Source: an uncultured delta proteobacterium (GTDB taxonomy: Bacteria > Myxococcota > Myxococcia > Myxococcales > Myxococcaceae). Taken from it: 64,000 nucleotides of DNA. Shown piece by piece: positions 52,860 to 62,586 of the stretch. How positions within the stretch are numbered: the first letter of the stretch is position 1; every line of letters begins with the position of its first letter. The notes beneath the pieces were generated by a model that saw nothing but the letters and a program-made list of their open reading frames with translations, searched no databases and was not told the DNA's origin. A program made the translations under genes and the position numbers. The stretch is taken from contig CAVQKE010000004.1 of assembly GCA_963713045.1 (NCBI GenBank), positions 1,056,001 through 1,120,000 of the forward strand. Direction: 5' to 3'.

Positions 52860-54074
52860 ATGGACCAAGTCGTCCAGCGTGAGGTCCAGAGCACCCAGCC
52901 AGCGTCGCGGCCCATCCCGGTCGAGGCCCAGGCGGCTCCCGGCGCCGGACGGCGGCCCGCTGGGGCCCACAGCGGAGCCCGCCGCCTTCAGCCCAGCGAC
53001 CGCGGGCTATTGGCACTTCTTGGGCTGTGCCGCTTCCTCACCGCGGGCCAGGTGGTCGCGCTCGCCGCCAATGGCCGCACCGACAAAGCGGTCGCCCAGC
53101 GCCTTCGTCGGCTGGCGGGAGAAAGCCGGCCCCGGGGGTGCGGCCCCCTGCCGGCGCTGCTGCGCCCGCTGCCCTACCGCTCCTACACCGGTGAGGCGAT
53201 GCGGCTGTGGGGTCTCACCGCCGCCGGCGCCACCGCAGCGTCGGTTGAGCTTGCCCGTGAGCTCCATCCTGTCCGCTCCGACGTCGGTGCCTTCTTCGCC
53301 GAGCACTTCGTCTGCCTGACGGACCTCTTCGTCCAGTTGGCACGTCCCTACCTGGCGGCCGGCGTCCTCCCGCGGGCCTTGCCCTTCCGCTGGAACGTCG
53401 CGGAGGACGTGGAACTGCCCTGGCAGGACAGCGATGGGGGCGGAGGCGCGAAGGCGCGCATCATTCGACCGGACGCCGTCCTGGAGGTGCCCGGTGCCGA
53501 GCGACGCTTCTTCATCGAGTGCGAGACGGGAACCCATACCCTCACGCCGCGGAGCCCCGACAAGCCGCAGGCCACCGTGCGGAAGCTGGAGCGTTACGAC
53601 GCTTACGTCTCGGGCTTTGCCGAGGTGCCAAGCCGCCTCACCCACTACCGGCGAAAATACCCAGACGGCTGGCCCTGCGAAGTCCTCTTCCTCGTGCCCA
53701 GTGAAGGGCGTCAGCACGCCACCGAGGCGGCCCTGGCAGCGTGTCTAGAAGCCCTCGCCGGCAGCCGCCTGACCGCGCACGCCTTTACACTGGAGCAGGC
53801 CGCCGCCCACTGCGCTGCCCACCTGCCCTTCGCGGGCGCCGCACCACCCCAGCCCCTTCCGGCCCCCTTCTACGGCGAGGCCGAGCATGGCGCCGTCCGG
53901 GACTACGTCCTCGAGATGACCGCCGCGCTGGCGGAGGCCAACACCCGGCTGCTCCGCCACGGCCTGCACTCCGTCCCGGGGCCCATTTCCAAAGCAGGCA
54001 TGCTGGACTTCCTGCGCAAGGCCCAAGCCGAGATGCAGCGACTGCGGCGCGCTGCAGCAGCGTCACATGTCTAG
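52860..54074 (+). CDS. Replication-relaxation (Replic_Relax-like) family protein
   Basis: wHTH-like SDRGLLALL..CRFLTAGQV...RLRRL...WGLTAAG, then EHFVCLTD, IRPDA, FFIECETGT and RKLERY. Confidence 0.8.
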   Translation: MDQVVQREVQSTQPASRPIPVEAQAAPGAGRRPAGAHSGARRLQPSDRGLLALLGLCRFLTAGQVVALAANGRTDKAVAQRLRRLAGESRPRGCGPLPALLRPLPYRSYTGEAMRLWGLTAAGATAASVELARELHPVRSDVGAFFAEHFVCLTDLFVQLARPYLAAGVLPRALPFRWNVAEDVELPWQDSDGGGGAKARIIRPDAVLEVPGAERRFFIECETGTHTLTPRSPDKPQATVRKLERYDAYVSGFAEVPSRLTHYRRKYPDGWPCEVLFLVPSEGRQHATEAALAACLEALAGSRLTAHAFTLEQAAAHCAAHLPFAGAAPPQPLPAPFYGEAEHGAVRDYVLEMTAALAEANTRLLRHGLHSVPGPISKAGMLDFLRKAQAEMQRLRRAAAASHV

Positions 54075-55875
54075 GGCCCAAGGCCGGTCGCGGCCCTTCC
54101 TCGGACGCTTGGCGATGGCAGGACTGCTGGCCCTCGGGACCACCGAGGCGCTGTACCGCGCCGCCATCGGGAGGTCCCCACTCCACCTTCCGCGCCAGCT
54201 GGCCTTCCGCCTTGCCGTGGAGCTTCGTCCCTATGCGCTGGCGCGCGCGTGGGCTGTCCAGCACCCGGGAATGCTGGCCGGGTGCGCACTCGCCGCCGCT
54301 GGCCTCGTGGCGCTTGTCTTTCGCCAGGGCCTCATTGTGCTGAGTGCAGCCAAGGCCCACCTCAGCGGCACGGCGGTCCCGGCGGTGGACTTCAGCTTCC
54401 CAGCGCACACCGTGGACGTCGTCCGGGAAATCTCCCGGCGCCCGAAGGGCCACTCCTTCGTCGGACTGACGCCCAAGCGCAGCGTCCTCGGCTGGCGATG
54501 GAAAGCGGTGTACCTGTCCCCGCGGCAGAAGACGACGCACCGCCACGTCATCGGGAAGACGGGAAGCGGGAAGACGACCAGCATCCTCTGGCCAAGCGTC
54601 TTGCAGGACGCCCTGGACGGCAAAGGCGTGCTGGTGCTGTCGGCCAAAGGCTCCGACGAAGAAATCGGCATGATGAAGGCCATCGCCGCGCTCTGCCGCC
54701 GCCAGGCGCAGCTGCGCGTCTTCTCACTGCCGGCGTGGAATGTCCCGGAGCTCTTCACCCATGCCTACAACATGCTGTACGTCCGCCCGCGCACGCTGAA
54801 GTCCCCGGGTGGGGACCCAGTGGCCACTGCGCAGCGCGTCTTCTCCGTGCTGCCGATGGGCGACAACGTTTTCTACAAGACGCAGGCCGAGGTGATGTTC
54901 ACCAACCTCTGCCGGCTATTGCACGGCATGGTGGACGCCTCGGGCACCGGGATTCCCTTCGTCCTGCGCGACGTCTCGGTGTGCCTGAAAGCCATTGGCA
55001 ACAGCGGCGGTTGGGCGCGCGCTCTGCGGCACTGTCTGGACGCCTCGGTCGACAGAGAAGCAGCAGCCCAGGTGCGTGCCCAAGTGAAACAGCTCGACCG
55101 CGACGTCCTCAAGGCGCTGTCGGGCATTGTCGGCGCGCTGGACAAATTCCAGAGCGACGTCGTCAACGCCTACGCCCCGGACATCGTCCTCGAGGACATC
55201 CTCGAGACCAATGGCCTGGTGTACGTGCAGCTGCCGGCCAACCTGTTCCGCATTCAGGCGCCAGCCCTGGGCAAAGTCATTCTGATGGACGTCCAGCACG
55301 AGGGCAGCCTGCGGCAAGTCTTCCGTCGGGCGCGCAACCAACGGCCGTTCAGCGTGACGGTGGACGAGTTTTACAACTTTGCGGACCGCAGCATCGTCGA
55401 TAGCCTCAACAAGCTGCGCGACGCCAACCTCGAATACACCCTGGCCCACCAGTCCCTCGCCGACTTGGAGCTGGTGTCGCGGGAGTTCGCGACTGCAGTC
55501 TGGGACAACACCCGCACCAAGCATGTCCTCAGCCAGGACAACCCAGAGCTGTGCGAGCGCATCGCCAAGTCCATTGGCACCCACCACGTGAAAGAATTGA
55601 CGGTGCGCCGCCGGGAGGGCCCGTTGGCGACCAGCTTGCCCACCGGCGAGGCGCAGGCCCGTCAGGTGGAGGCCTACCGTCTGCACCCCAACTGCATCAA
55701 AAACCTCGCCCGCTGCGGCCAGGGCTACTTGCTGTCCGACGACGGCCTGTGGCCGCTGGTCTACGGCATGCTGCCACAGCTGCGCGCGGACTACCCGCTG
55801 GTCCGAAAGGACCAGAAGTCCGCCCCCGGACTGCGGCTGTACGACACCTTCATCGCCGAAGCGGGTGGCCGCTAG
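54067..55875 (+). CDS. VirD4/TraD-like type IV coupling ATPase
   Basis: Two N-terminal hydrophobic segments, HRHVIGKTGSGKT (Walker A), VTVDEF (Walker B), LAHQSLADL and NTRTK. Confidence 0.85.
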   Translation: MSRAQGRSRPFLGRLAMAGLLALGTTEALYRAAIGRSPLHLPRQLAFRLAVELRPYALARAWAVQHPGMLAGCALAAAGLVALVFRQGLIVLSAAKAHLSGTAVPAVDFSFPAHTVDVVREISRRPKGHSFVGLTPKRSVLGWRWKAVYLSPRQKTTHRHVIGKTGSGKTTSILWPSVLQDALDGKGVLVLSAKGSDEEIGMMKAIAALCRRQAQLRVFSLPAWNVPELFTHAYNMLYVRPRTLKSPGGDPVATAQRVFSVLPMGDNVFYKTQAEVMFTNLCRLLHGMVDASGTGIPFVLRDVSVCLKAIGNSGGWARALRHCLDASVDREAAAQVRAQVKQLDRDVLKALSGIVGALDKFQSDVVNAYAPDIVLEDILETNGLVYVQLPANLFRIQAPALGKVILMDVQHEGSLRQVFRRARNQRPFSVTVDEFYNFADRSIVDSLNKLRDANLEYTLAHQSLADLELVSREFATAVWDNTRTKHVLSQDNPELCERIAKSIGTHHVKELTVRRREGPLATSLPTGEAQARQVEAYRLHPNCIKNLARCGQGYLLSDDGLWPLVYGMLPQLRADYPLVRKDQKSAPGLRLYDTFIAEAGGR

Positions 55876-55907
55876 CCTCCGGCAGCCGCCCCTCGGCAGG
55901 CCGAAGG

Positions 55908-55935
55908 TGTGAGATTTCGGTCGCTCCCGCGAATC
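55908..55935 (+). promoter_or_regulatory. Putative ECF-type promoter for the sigma gene
   Basis: TGTGAG-16 bp-CGAATC about 40 bp upstream of the ECF start. Confidence 0.4.
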
Positions 55936-55972
55936 ATCCGGGTGAAGGACGCTTTCTGCCTCCACCTTTCCC

Positions 55973-56482
55973 ATGCCCACCCCCCACCCACAGGAACGCT
56001 TCCTGGCCCTCCTCGAGGAGCACCGGCGCCTCCTCTATAAGGTGGCACGGGCCTACGGCCGGACCGCCCCGGACCGGGAGGACTTGGTTCAGGAGATGGC
56101 CGCCCAAGCCTGGAAGTCCTTCCCCCGCTATGACGCGCACTGGCGCTTCTCCACCTGGCTGTACCGCATCGCCCTCAACGTCGCCATTTCGTTTCAGCGC
56201 CGGGAAAGCACGAGAGCCAGGCACATGGATGACGGGGCGGTTGCGGTGGACGGCCTCGGCCAGGCCGACGCCGAGGCGCCGGAGGACGTCGCGCTGCTCT
56301 ACCGCTTCATTGGCCGCCTCGACGACTTCAACCGCGCGCTGATGCTGATGTACCTCGACGGCCAAAGCCAAGCCGAGATTGCCGAAGTGCTGGGCATCAG
56401 CGTCCCCAACGTCTCGACCCGGGTGGGACGCCTCAAGGCGAGGCTTCGGGAAGACTTTCGCGCCGTCGGTAACCTCGAATGA
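55973..56482 (+). CDS. ECF RNA polymerase sigma factor
   Basis: DREDLVQE, FSTWLYRIALN and EIAEVLGIS motifs. Confidence 0.93.
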   Translation: MPTPHPQERFLALLEEHRRLLYKVARAYGRTAPDREDLVQEMAAQAWKSFPRYDAHWRFSTWLYRIALNVAISFQRRESTRARHMDDGAVAVDGLGQADAEAPEDVALLYRFIGRLDDFNRALMLMYLDGQSQAEIAEVLGISVPNVSTRVGRLKARLREDFRAVGNLE

Positions 56483-56500
56483 CAGCAAGGAGATGACACC

Positions 56501-57163
56501 ATGGAATTGGACGAATTTCAGACGCGCTGGGCCGGCCAGGACGTGAAATTGGAGCAGCTGCTCCGCCTCACGCTTCGCCAGGGCCCGTTGCGGCGGGTGC
56601 GCTCGGCCCTGCAGCGGCTTCGGACCGGCCTTGCCATCGAGGTGGCCATCAACGCGCTGGCCGTCTTCGCCCTCGGCGCCTTCATCGCCGACCACCTGGG
56701 CGCAGTGCGCTTCCTCCTTCCGGCGGTGGTGCTCGACGTGGCGGCGGTGGCCCTGGTGGCCACCACCGCTCGCCAGTGGTTCCTGGCGGGTGAGGTGGAC
56801 TACGACGGCCCGGTGACGGTGAGCCAGCGCCAGCTGGAGCGTCTGCGGGTGCTGAGAATCCGCGAGACGAAGTGGGTGCTCCTGCTGTCGCCCCTGCTGT
56901 GGACGCCGCTTCTCATCGTCGCGCTGCAGGCACTCTTCGGCCTGGATGCCTACACGGCGCTCGGAACGCCGTACCTCTGCGCCAACCTGCTCTTCGGCGT
57001 CGCATTCATTCCTCTCATGCGGTGGGGGGCCCGCCGCTGGGGACCGCGCCTGGAGGAAAGCGGCTGGGCTCGACGCTGGGCGCAGGCCCTCGCCGGCACC
57101 AGTCTCACCGAAGCGTTGGGCCGGCTCGCCTCCATTGCGGACTTCGAGCAGCCTCAGGCCTGA
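56501..57163 (+). CDS. Membrane protein, probable anti-sigma partner
   Basis: MELDEFQTRW start, four TMs, directly downstream of the ECF gene. Confidence 0.7.
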   Translation: MELDEFQTRWAGQDVKLEQLLRLTLRQGPLRRVRSALQRLRTGLAIEVAINALAVFALGAFIADHLGAVRFLLPAVVLDVAAVALVATTARQWFLAGEVDYDGPVTVSQRQLERLRVLRIRETKWVLLLSPLLWTPLLIVALQALFGLDAYTALGTPYLCANLLFGVAFIPLMRWGARRWGPRLEESGWARRWAQALAGTSLTEALGRLASIADFEQPQA

Positions 57164-57239
57164 CAGCGGGTGCTGGGGGGAGGCGTCCACCGGCGACGCC
57201 CCCGCTTGACTCGACTCCACCGCCGCATGGCAGAAGGAA

Positions 57240-59155
57240 ATGGTGAACGCTTCGCTGAATCTGGGTGCCCCTTCCTCCCCGCCGCTCGATGCCACCCATC
57301 GAGCGGCCGTCGCGCTGGCTGAAGCCATCATCCCCGGCACTTCCCTCATCCCCCCCGCCGACGAGCGGACGGCGCACGCTGCCGCCCAAGTCATGACGCA
57401 AGTCTCGCCGCGGGTGGGCATGGCCTGGTCCGCAGCACTGCGGACGCTCGACGCTGCGGCGCGCTTGCGCACCGGGCGCCCCTTTCATGCCCTGTCCGCC
57501 ACGGCGCAAGACGAGCTGCTCGCCCGCTGGGAGCGCGACCCCCTGTTGAAGACGCCATTGATGATGGTGTCGTTCGTCTACAAGCTGGTGCACTTTGATG
57601 CACCGCACGTCCTGCGGGCGATGGGCGCGAAGGCGAAGCCGCCGCTGCAGGTCACCCAGCCCCGCTGGATGGAGCAAGTCCAGGCCGCCGACAGCTGGAC
57701 CGGCGGTGACGTCGACTGCGACGTGGTGGTGGTGGGCACCGGGGCAGGAGGCGGCGTGGTGGGCTATGAGCTTGCCGAGCGCGGCCATGCGGTGGTGTTC
57801 GTCGAGGAGGGGCAGCTGCACCAGCGGCACGACTTCGACGGCAGCAGCGTGCGCGCGCTCGGGCGCTTCTACCGTCCCGCCTTCTCGGTGGGGAACGCCT
57901 TCATCCCCATCTTCTCCGGCCGGCTGGTGGGCGGCTCGACAGCCATCAACGGTGGCACGGCCTTCCGCACTCCGGGCTGGGTGCTGGACCGCTGGTGCGA
58001 GGAGCTCGGCACCGACGAATTCTTGGCCAGCCGCATGGCGCCCTACTTCGAACGGGTGGAGGCGCACCTCGGGGTCGGCCTGTCCGCCCGCCGCTTCGTT
58101 GGCCCCATCGCCGACGTCTTTCAACGGGGCTGCGACGCCCTCGGCTGGAAGCATGCGCTTTTGCGCCGCAACGCCCCGGGCTGCGAGGCCTCCGGCTTCT
58201 GCGACTTTGGCTGTCGCACCGACGCCCGCCGCAGCACCAACGTCGCCTACCTGCCTCCGGCGCTGGAACGTGGCTCGATGCTTTTCACCGGGCTGAAGGC
58301 AGAGCAACTTCTTCAGGAAAACGGCAGGGCGGTCGGCATTGAGGGCAGCACCGCCAACGGCCAGCGGCTCCGGGTCCGCGCCAAGGCCGTCATCCTCGCC
58401 GCCGGCACCCTCGCCACGCCGCTGTTCCTCCTGAAGCAAGCCCTCAGCAACTCCAGCGGACAGGTGGGACGAAACCTGACGCTGCACCCCAGCGCCGTCG
58501 TCTCGGCAACCTTCGACGAGGAGATTCGCCCCTTCGACTTCATTCCCCAAGGCGTGGCCTCCGAGGAATTCCTCCGCGAGGGAATCCTGCTGCTGGCCGC
58601 TCAAGCCAGCCACAATGTGTACGGCACGTTTTTCCCGGGAAACGGGCGGCGCCTGATGGAACCGCTCTCGCAGCTGGCCCACATGGCGTCGCTCGGGCCC
58701 TTGGCCACCGACGCCACCCGCAATGGACGGGTGTTTCGCGAAGTCCGGGGGCTGCCCGTCATCCACTACTCCCTCTCAGGCAAGGATGTGGCTCGCCTCC
58801 AGCGCGGGCTCCTCCTCAGCATGGAAATGATGGTTGCCGCTGGGGCACGCCACCTCTACCCGGGCGTGCTGAGCCACCCCAGCCTCGACCCAAAGCGCGG
58901 CCTCGACGCCTTTCGCAAGGCGGACCTTGCCCCCGCAGCTTGGTCTTGGGCAGTTACCATCCCCTCGGGACGTGCGACATGGGCACCGACCCCGGCACCA
59001 GTGTGGTGGGACTGGACCACCAGTCCCACGACGTGCCGGGCCTCTTCATCGTCGACGGCAGCACAGTGCGGGGGCCACTGGGCGTCAATCCGCAGATGAC
59101 CATCATGGCCATGGCCGTCCGCGCCGCCGAGAAAATTCACCCGCAACTGGGCTAG
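57240..59155 (+). CDS. GMC oxidoreductase with a frameshift near 58935
   Basis: VVVGTGAGGG, VGGSTAING, CDFGC and VGRNLTLHP motifs; C-terminal YHPLGT...DGS...GVNPQMTI in the next frame (58940..59155). Confidence 0.88.
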
Positions 59156-59185
59156 GCCTGGGGCCGACGGCAGGTCGGGCTGCAG

Positions 59186-60784
59186 TCAGCTGAAGAAGGC
59201 GCGCAGCTTCTGGATGCGCCGCCGCATCAGCATCGGCAGCCTCCAAGCGCGCTCCACCCGGCCGGTCTGCAGGTCAGCCAGCACCTCGCCCAGCTCGACC
59301 AGCGTCGAGTCGTAGGGCATCCAGAAAAGTTCCGGCTTGTGCCAGCGGTCCACCACCGTGGTGCGTGGCCGCAGAAAGGTGCTCAGCGCGAAGGTGCTGT
59401 TTGCCACCCCGAAGCCGGTGGCCCGGGTGCCGGTCCAGGGCAGACTCGGCACCGCCCCGGTGAAGGCGTGGTTGTTGATGCTCACCACGCCAAATTCCAG
59501 CCGCTCGGCCAGACGCTGGCCACGTGCCACGTCGCTCGTCCAGAGGGAGGCGCCGAGTCCATACCGCAGGTGGTTGGCAGCACGGATGGCCTCCACCGGC
59601 CCGTCCACCCGCACCACGGCCAGCACCGGCCCGAAGGTTTCCTCCTGGACGACGGCCATCGAGTCGGTGCAGTGGTCGAGCAGCGTCGGCGCGTACCACA
59701 GGCCCTTGTCCAGTGGTGCGCCACCGCAGATGACGGTGGCACCGCGGGCCTTGGCGTCTTCCACCTGCGCCTGGACCACCTCGAATTGGCGGCGGTTGCC
59801 CATCGGCGCAACGTCGGTGGCCGAGCCGTGGCCCGGGCCGACGCGCAGCTGGGTCCACGCCTCGCGCATCCGGGCCACGAAGCGGTCGGCCACGGCGCGG
59901 TCGACGTAGGCAATCTCAATGGCGCCGCAGGCCTGGCCGGCGTTGCTCAGCGCCCAATGGGTGATGCCGGCCACGGTGCGCTCCAGGTCGCAGTCGGCAA
60001 GGACGATGGCCGGGTCCTTGCCGCCCATTTCCACGCTGCAAGGGATGCCCAGTTCAGCGCAGCGCACCTGGACTTTGTGCCCGGTATGGGTTGACCCAGT
60101 GAAGACACAGGCGTCGGGTTTGGCGTCGAGAAGCGCCGCGCCAACCTCCCCTGCCCCGCGCGCCACCTGCACCAGCCCCGGGGGTAGGTGGTCTTCCAAC
60201 AGCTGAGCGAACCAGCTGCTGCTCCGCGGCGTGTATTCACTGGGCTTGAGGATGATGGCGTTGCCCGCCATCAGCGCCGGGAAAACCGAGCGGTACAGGC
60301 CGGCCACCGGGTAATTCCAGGGGGCGATGATGGCGATGAGGCCACGGGGGACCAAGTCGAGGTAGGCGCGCTTGCCCGGAAAGGACATCCGGTTGAGGCG
60401 CACCCTGCGCCGGCGGAGGGCGTCCCGAAGCAGCACGCCCCAACCCTTCACCGCGTCCAGAGGCCCCAGCGTCTCGTTGAAGAGGGCCTCGGCTTCCACC
60501 TTCCCCATCTCCTCCTCAAGCAGTGCCATCGCCTCCTGGCGGCGCTGCAACATCTCCCGGGCGGCACGCAGAAAATGCGGCAACCGCTCGCTGAAGCGCT
60601 TCTGGCGCCAGGCTTCCTGGGCGGCGCGCCCCCGGGCCACCATCTCCGCCAGCGCCTCCAGCGGCGTGGCCGGCACCGGGTCAAGCACCCGGAGGTCCCG
60701 GGGGGACAACCGCGTAAGCTCCGCTTTGGGGGTTTGGAGAAGCTCCAACGAGGCCCGCTCCGTGAGTGTTTCCGTCTGCGACAC
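59186..60784 (-). CDS. Aldehyde dehydrogenase
   Basis: PWNYP, KPSE, FTGS, EMGGKD, GQAC, EETFGP and YGLGAS motifs. Confidence 0.94.
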   Translation of the reverse strand: MSQTETLTERASLELLQTPKAELTRLSPRDLRVLDPVPATPLEALAEMVARGRAAQEAWRQKRFSERLPHFLRAAREMLQRRQEAMALLEEEMGKVEAEALFNETLGPLDAVKGWGVLLRDALRRRRVRLNRMSFPGKRAYLDLVPRGLIAIIAPWNYPVAGLYRSVFPALMAGNAIILKPSEYTPRSSSWFAQLLEDHLPPGLVQVARGAGEVGAALLDAKPDACVFTGSTHTGHKVQVRCAELGIPCSVEMGGKDPAIVLADCDLERTVAGITHWALSNAGQACGAIEIAYVDRAVADRFVARMREAWTQLRVGPGHGSATDVAPMGNRRQFEVVQAQVEDAKARGATVICGGAPLDKGLWYAPTLLDHCTDSMAVVQEETFGPVLAVVRVDGPVEAIRAANHLRYGLGASLWTSDVARGQRLAERLEFGVVSINNHAFTGAVPSLPWTGTRATGFGVANSTFALSTFLRPRTTVVDRWHKPELFWMPYDSTLVELGEVLADLQTGRVERAWRLPMLMRRRIQKLRAFFS

Positions 60785-60969
60785 CGGCTTTCAGCTCCTG
60801 GCGCGCCCTTTGCGAGCGACTCGCAATTCGTGAACGCGCGCCGCCTGCCAGCGACGAGAAGCTTGCGCGCGCGAAGCGCTCCTCCTATAGCATGGGCCCG
60901 CCATTAAGGAGGTCTTCCGGCGGCCCCAACCGGGGAAACCAGCTTCTAGTTGCCGCTGCCTTGAAGGAG

Positions 60970-62586
60970 ATGGTAGGCAGCGATGCCTTTGAGCCCCCCC
61001 TTTCCATGAAGACCCTTTTTGGCGCAGGCGCCATCGGCCCACTGGCTTGGACCGCGGCGACTGCGCGCGTACTTAATTGGAACCGCACAGTCAGCGACCG
61101 ACAGCGCCTGCGGGACGTCCAACTCGCAACCCTCAAGCGCAATTGTGAGACCGCCCGGGATACCGAGTTCGGCCAAGGCCACCGCCTTGGCGAGGTGACC
61201 TGCTACGAGGATTTCCGGGAGCGCGTGCCCTTGAGGACGTACGCCGCCTTTGAGCCTTACCTCGAGCGGATGCGCCAGGGCGAGCGCGACGTGCTGTGGC
61301 CCGGCCTCATCAAATACTTCGGCCAGTCCTCCGGCAGCTCCAACACCCTCGCGCAGAACAAACACCTCCCCATCTCCGACGAGCAAATCCGGTGGCAGCA
61401 GAAGGCCGGGTTCGACATTGTGGCGCGCTACGTGACTCAAGTCGGCAACGCCCGCTTCCTGGGCGGCTACAGCCTCGGACTGTTTCCGCCCTCCACGCTC
61501 AAGGCAGAAGGCGACGTCCTCGGGACGACCAACCCCGGGCTGATGCAGCGGCACATTCCCTGGCCCATCTCGAGTTCCGTGCTGCCCACCGCCGAACTCC
61601 GGGATATCCCGAATTACGACGAAAAGCTTCAGAAGCTGGCGGCCGCTTACCTCGATTACGACATCCGTGCGGTCTCCGGGACGACCTGTTGGTTCTCGGT
61701 ATTTTTCGATAAGGTGCTTGCCGCTGCGCAAGCGCGGGGGCGCCCGGTGAGAACCGTCGCCGAGCTCTGGCCGAACCTGTCCGTCCTGTTTGGAGGCGGC
61801 GTCAACGCCGAGGCATACCGGCGCGTCATCGAGAAGCGCGTCGGACGTCCGGTGGTCCTCATGGACAATTACAACGCCACCGAGGGTGGCATTTTCGCCA
61901 TCACCGACCGACTGGGCCGACACGGCCTGTTGATGCTTCCCGACCGGGGCGTCTTCTTCGAATTCGTCCCGGCTGCCGACCACGCCAAGCCCAACGCGCG
62001 GCGCTGTGCGCTGTGGGAGGTGGAGGAGGGCGTCGACTACAGCATCGCCGTCAGCACCGCCTCGGGCCTCTTTGGCTACTACATCGGCGATTTGGTCCGC
62101 TTCCAAAGTCTCTTCCCGCACCGCATGGAATTTGTCGGACGGACCAACGGGGTCCTCTCGCTGACCCAGGAACTCACCTCCTACGCCGAGATTGAGCGCG
62201 CCATGGACGCCGCCGTCCGGGCCTGCGGTTGTTCGGTGGTGGAATTTTCCGCGGCCGCCGAGGTGGGGGTCGACGGCAGCGCCAAGGGTCGCTACCAGCT
62301 CTTCGTCGAATTCGAGAAAATCCCCTCGGACCCGCGGCGTTTCGCCTCCGCGTTTGACGAGAGTCTGTGCGCTCAAAACCGAGTGTACCGGGAGCACCGC
62401 ACAAAGGACGTAGCCATCCTGGCTCCGGCCCTGTTTGCGGTTTCCCCCGGAGGTTCAAAGCGCTTCATGGAAGAGATTGGCCGCAACAGTGCGCAACAAA
62501 AGTTTCCGCGCGTGGTCGATGAACTGAAGCGCGACGTGCTCGCAAAATATGCGAGTCCGGTCACATCATCGCAGGGGTTCTCATGA
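60970..62586 (+). CDS. GH3 family acyl-acid amido synthetase-like protein
   Basis: DTEFG, VPLRTY, LWPG, SSGSS P-loop, YNATEG, FFEF, YYIGDLV, GR and KFPR motifs. Confidence 0.88.
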   Translation: MVGSDAFEPPLSMKTLFGAGAIGPLAWTAATARVLNWNRTVSDRQRLRDVQLATLKRNCETARDTEFGQGHRLGEVTCYEDFRERVPLRTYAAFEPYLERMRQGERDVLWPGLIKYFGQSSGSSNTLAQNKHLPISDEQIRWQQKAGFDIVARYVTQVGNARFLGGYSLGLFPPSTLKAEGDVLGTTNPGLMQRHIPWPISSSVLPTAELRDIPNYDEKLQKLAAAYLDYDIRAVSGTTCWFSVFFDKVLAAAQARGRPVRTVAELWPNLSVLFGGGVNAEAYRRVIEKRVGRPVVLMDNYNATEGGIFAITDRLGRHGLLMLPDRGVFFEFVPAADHAKPNARRCALWEVEEGVDYSIAVSTASGLFGYYIGDLVRFQSLFPHRMEFVGRTNGVLSLTQELTSYAEIERAMDAAVRACGCSVVEFSAAAEVGVDGSAKGRYQLFVEFEKIPSDPRRFASAFDESLCAQNRVYREHRTKDVAILAPALFAVSPGGSKRFMEEIGRNSAQQKFPRVVDELKRDVLAKYASPVTSSQGFS

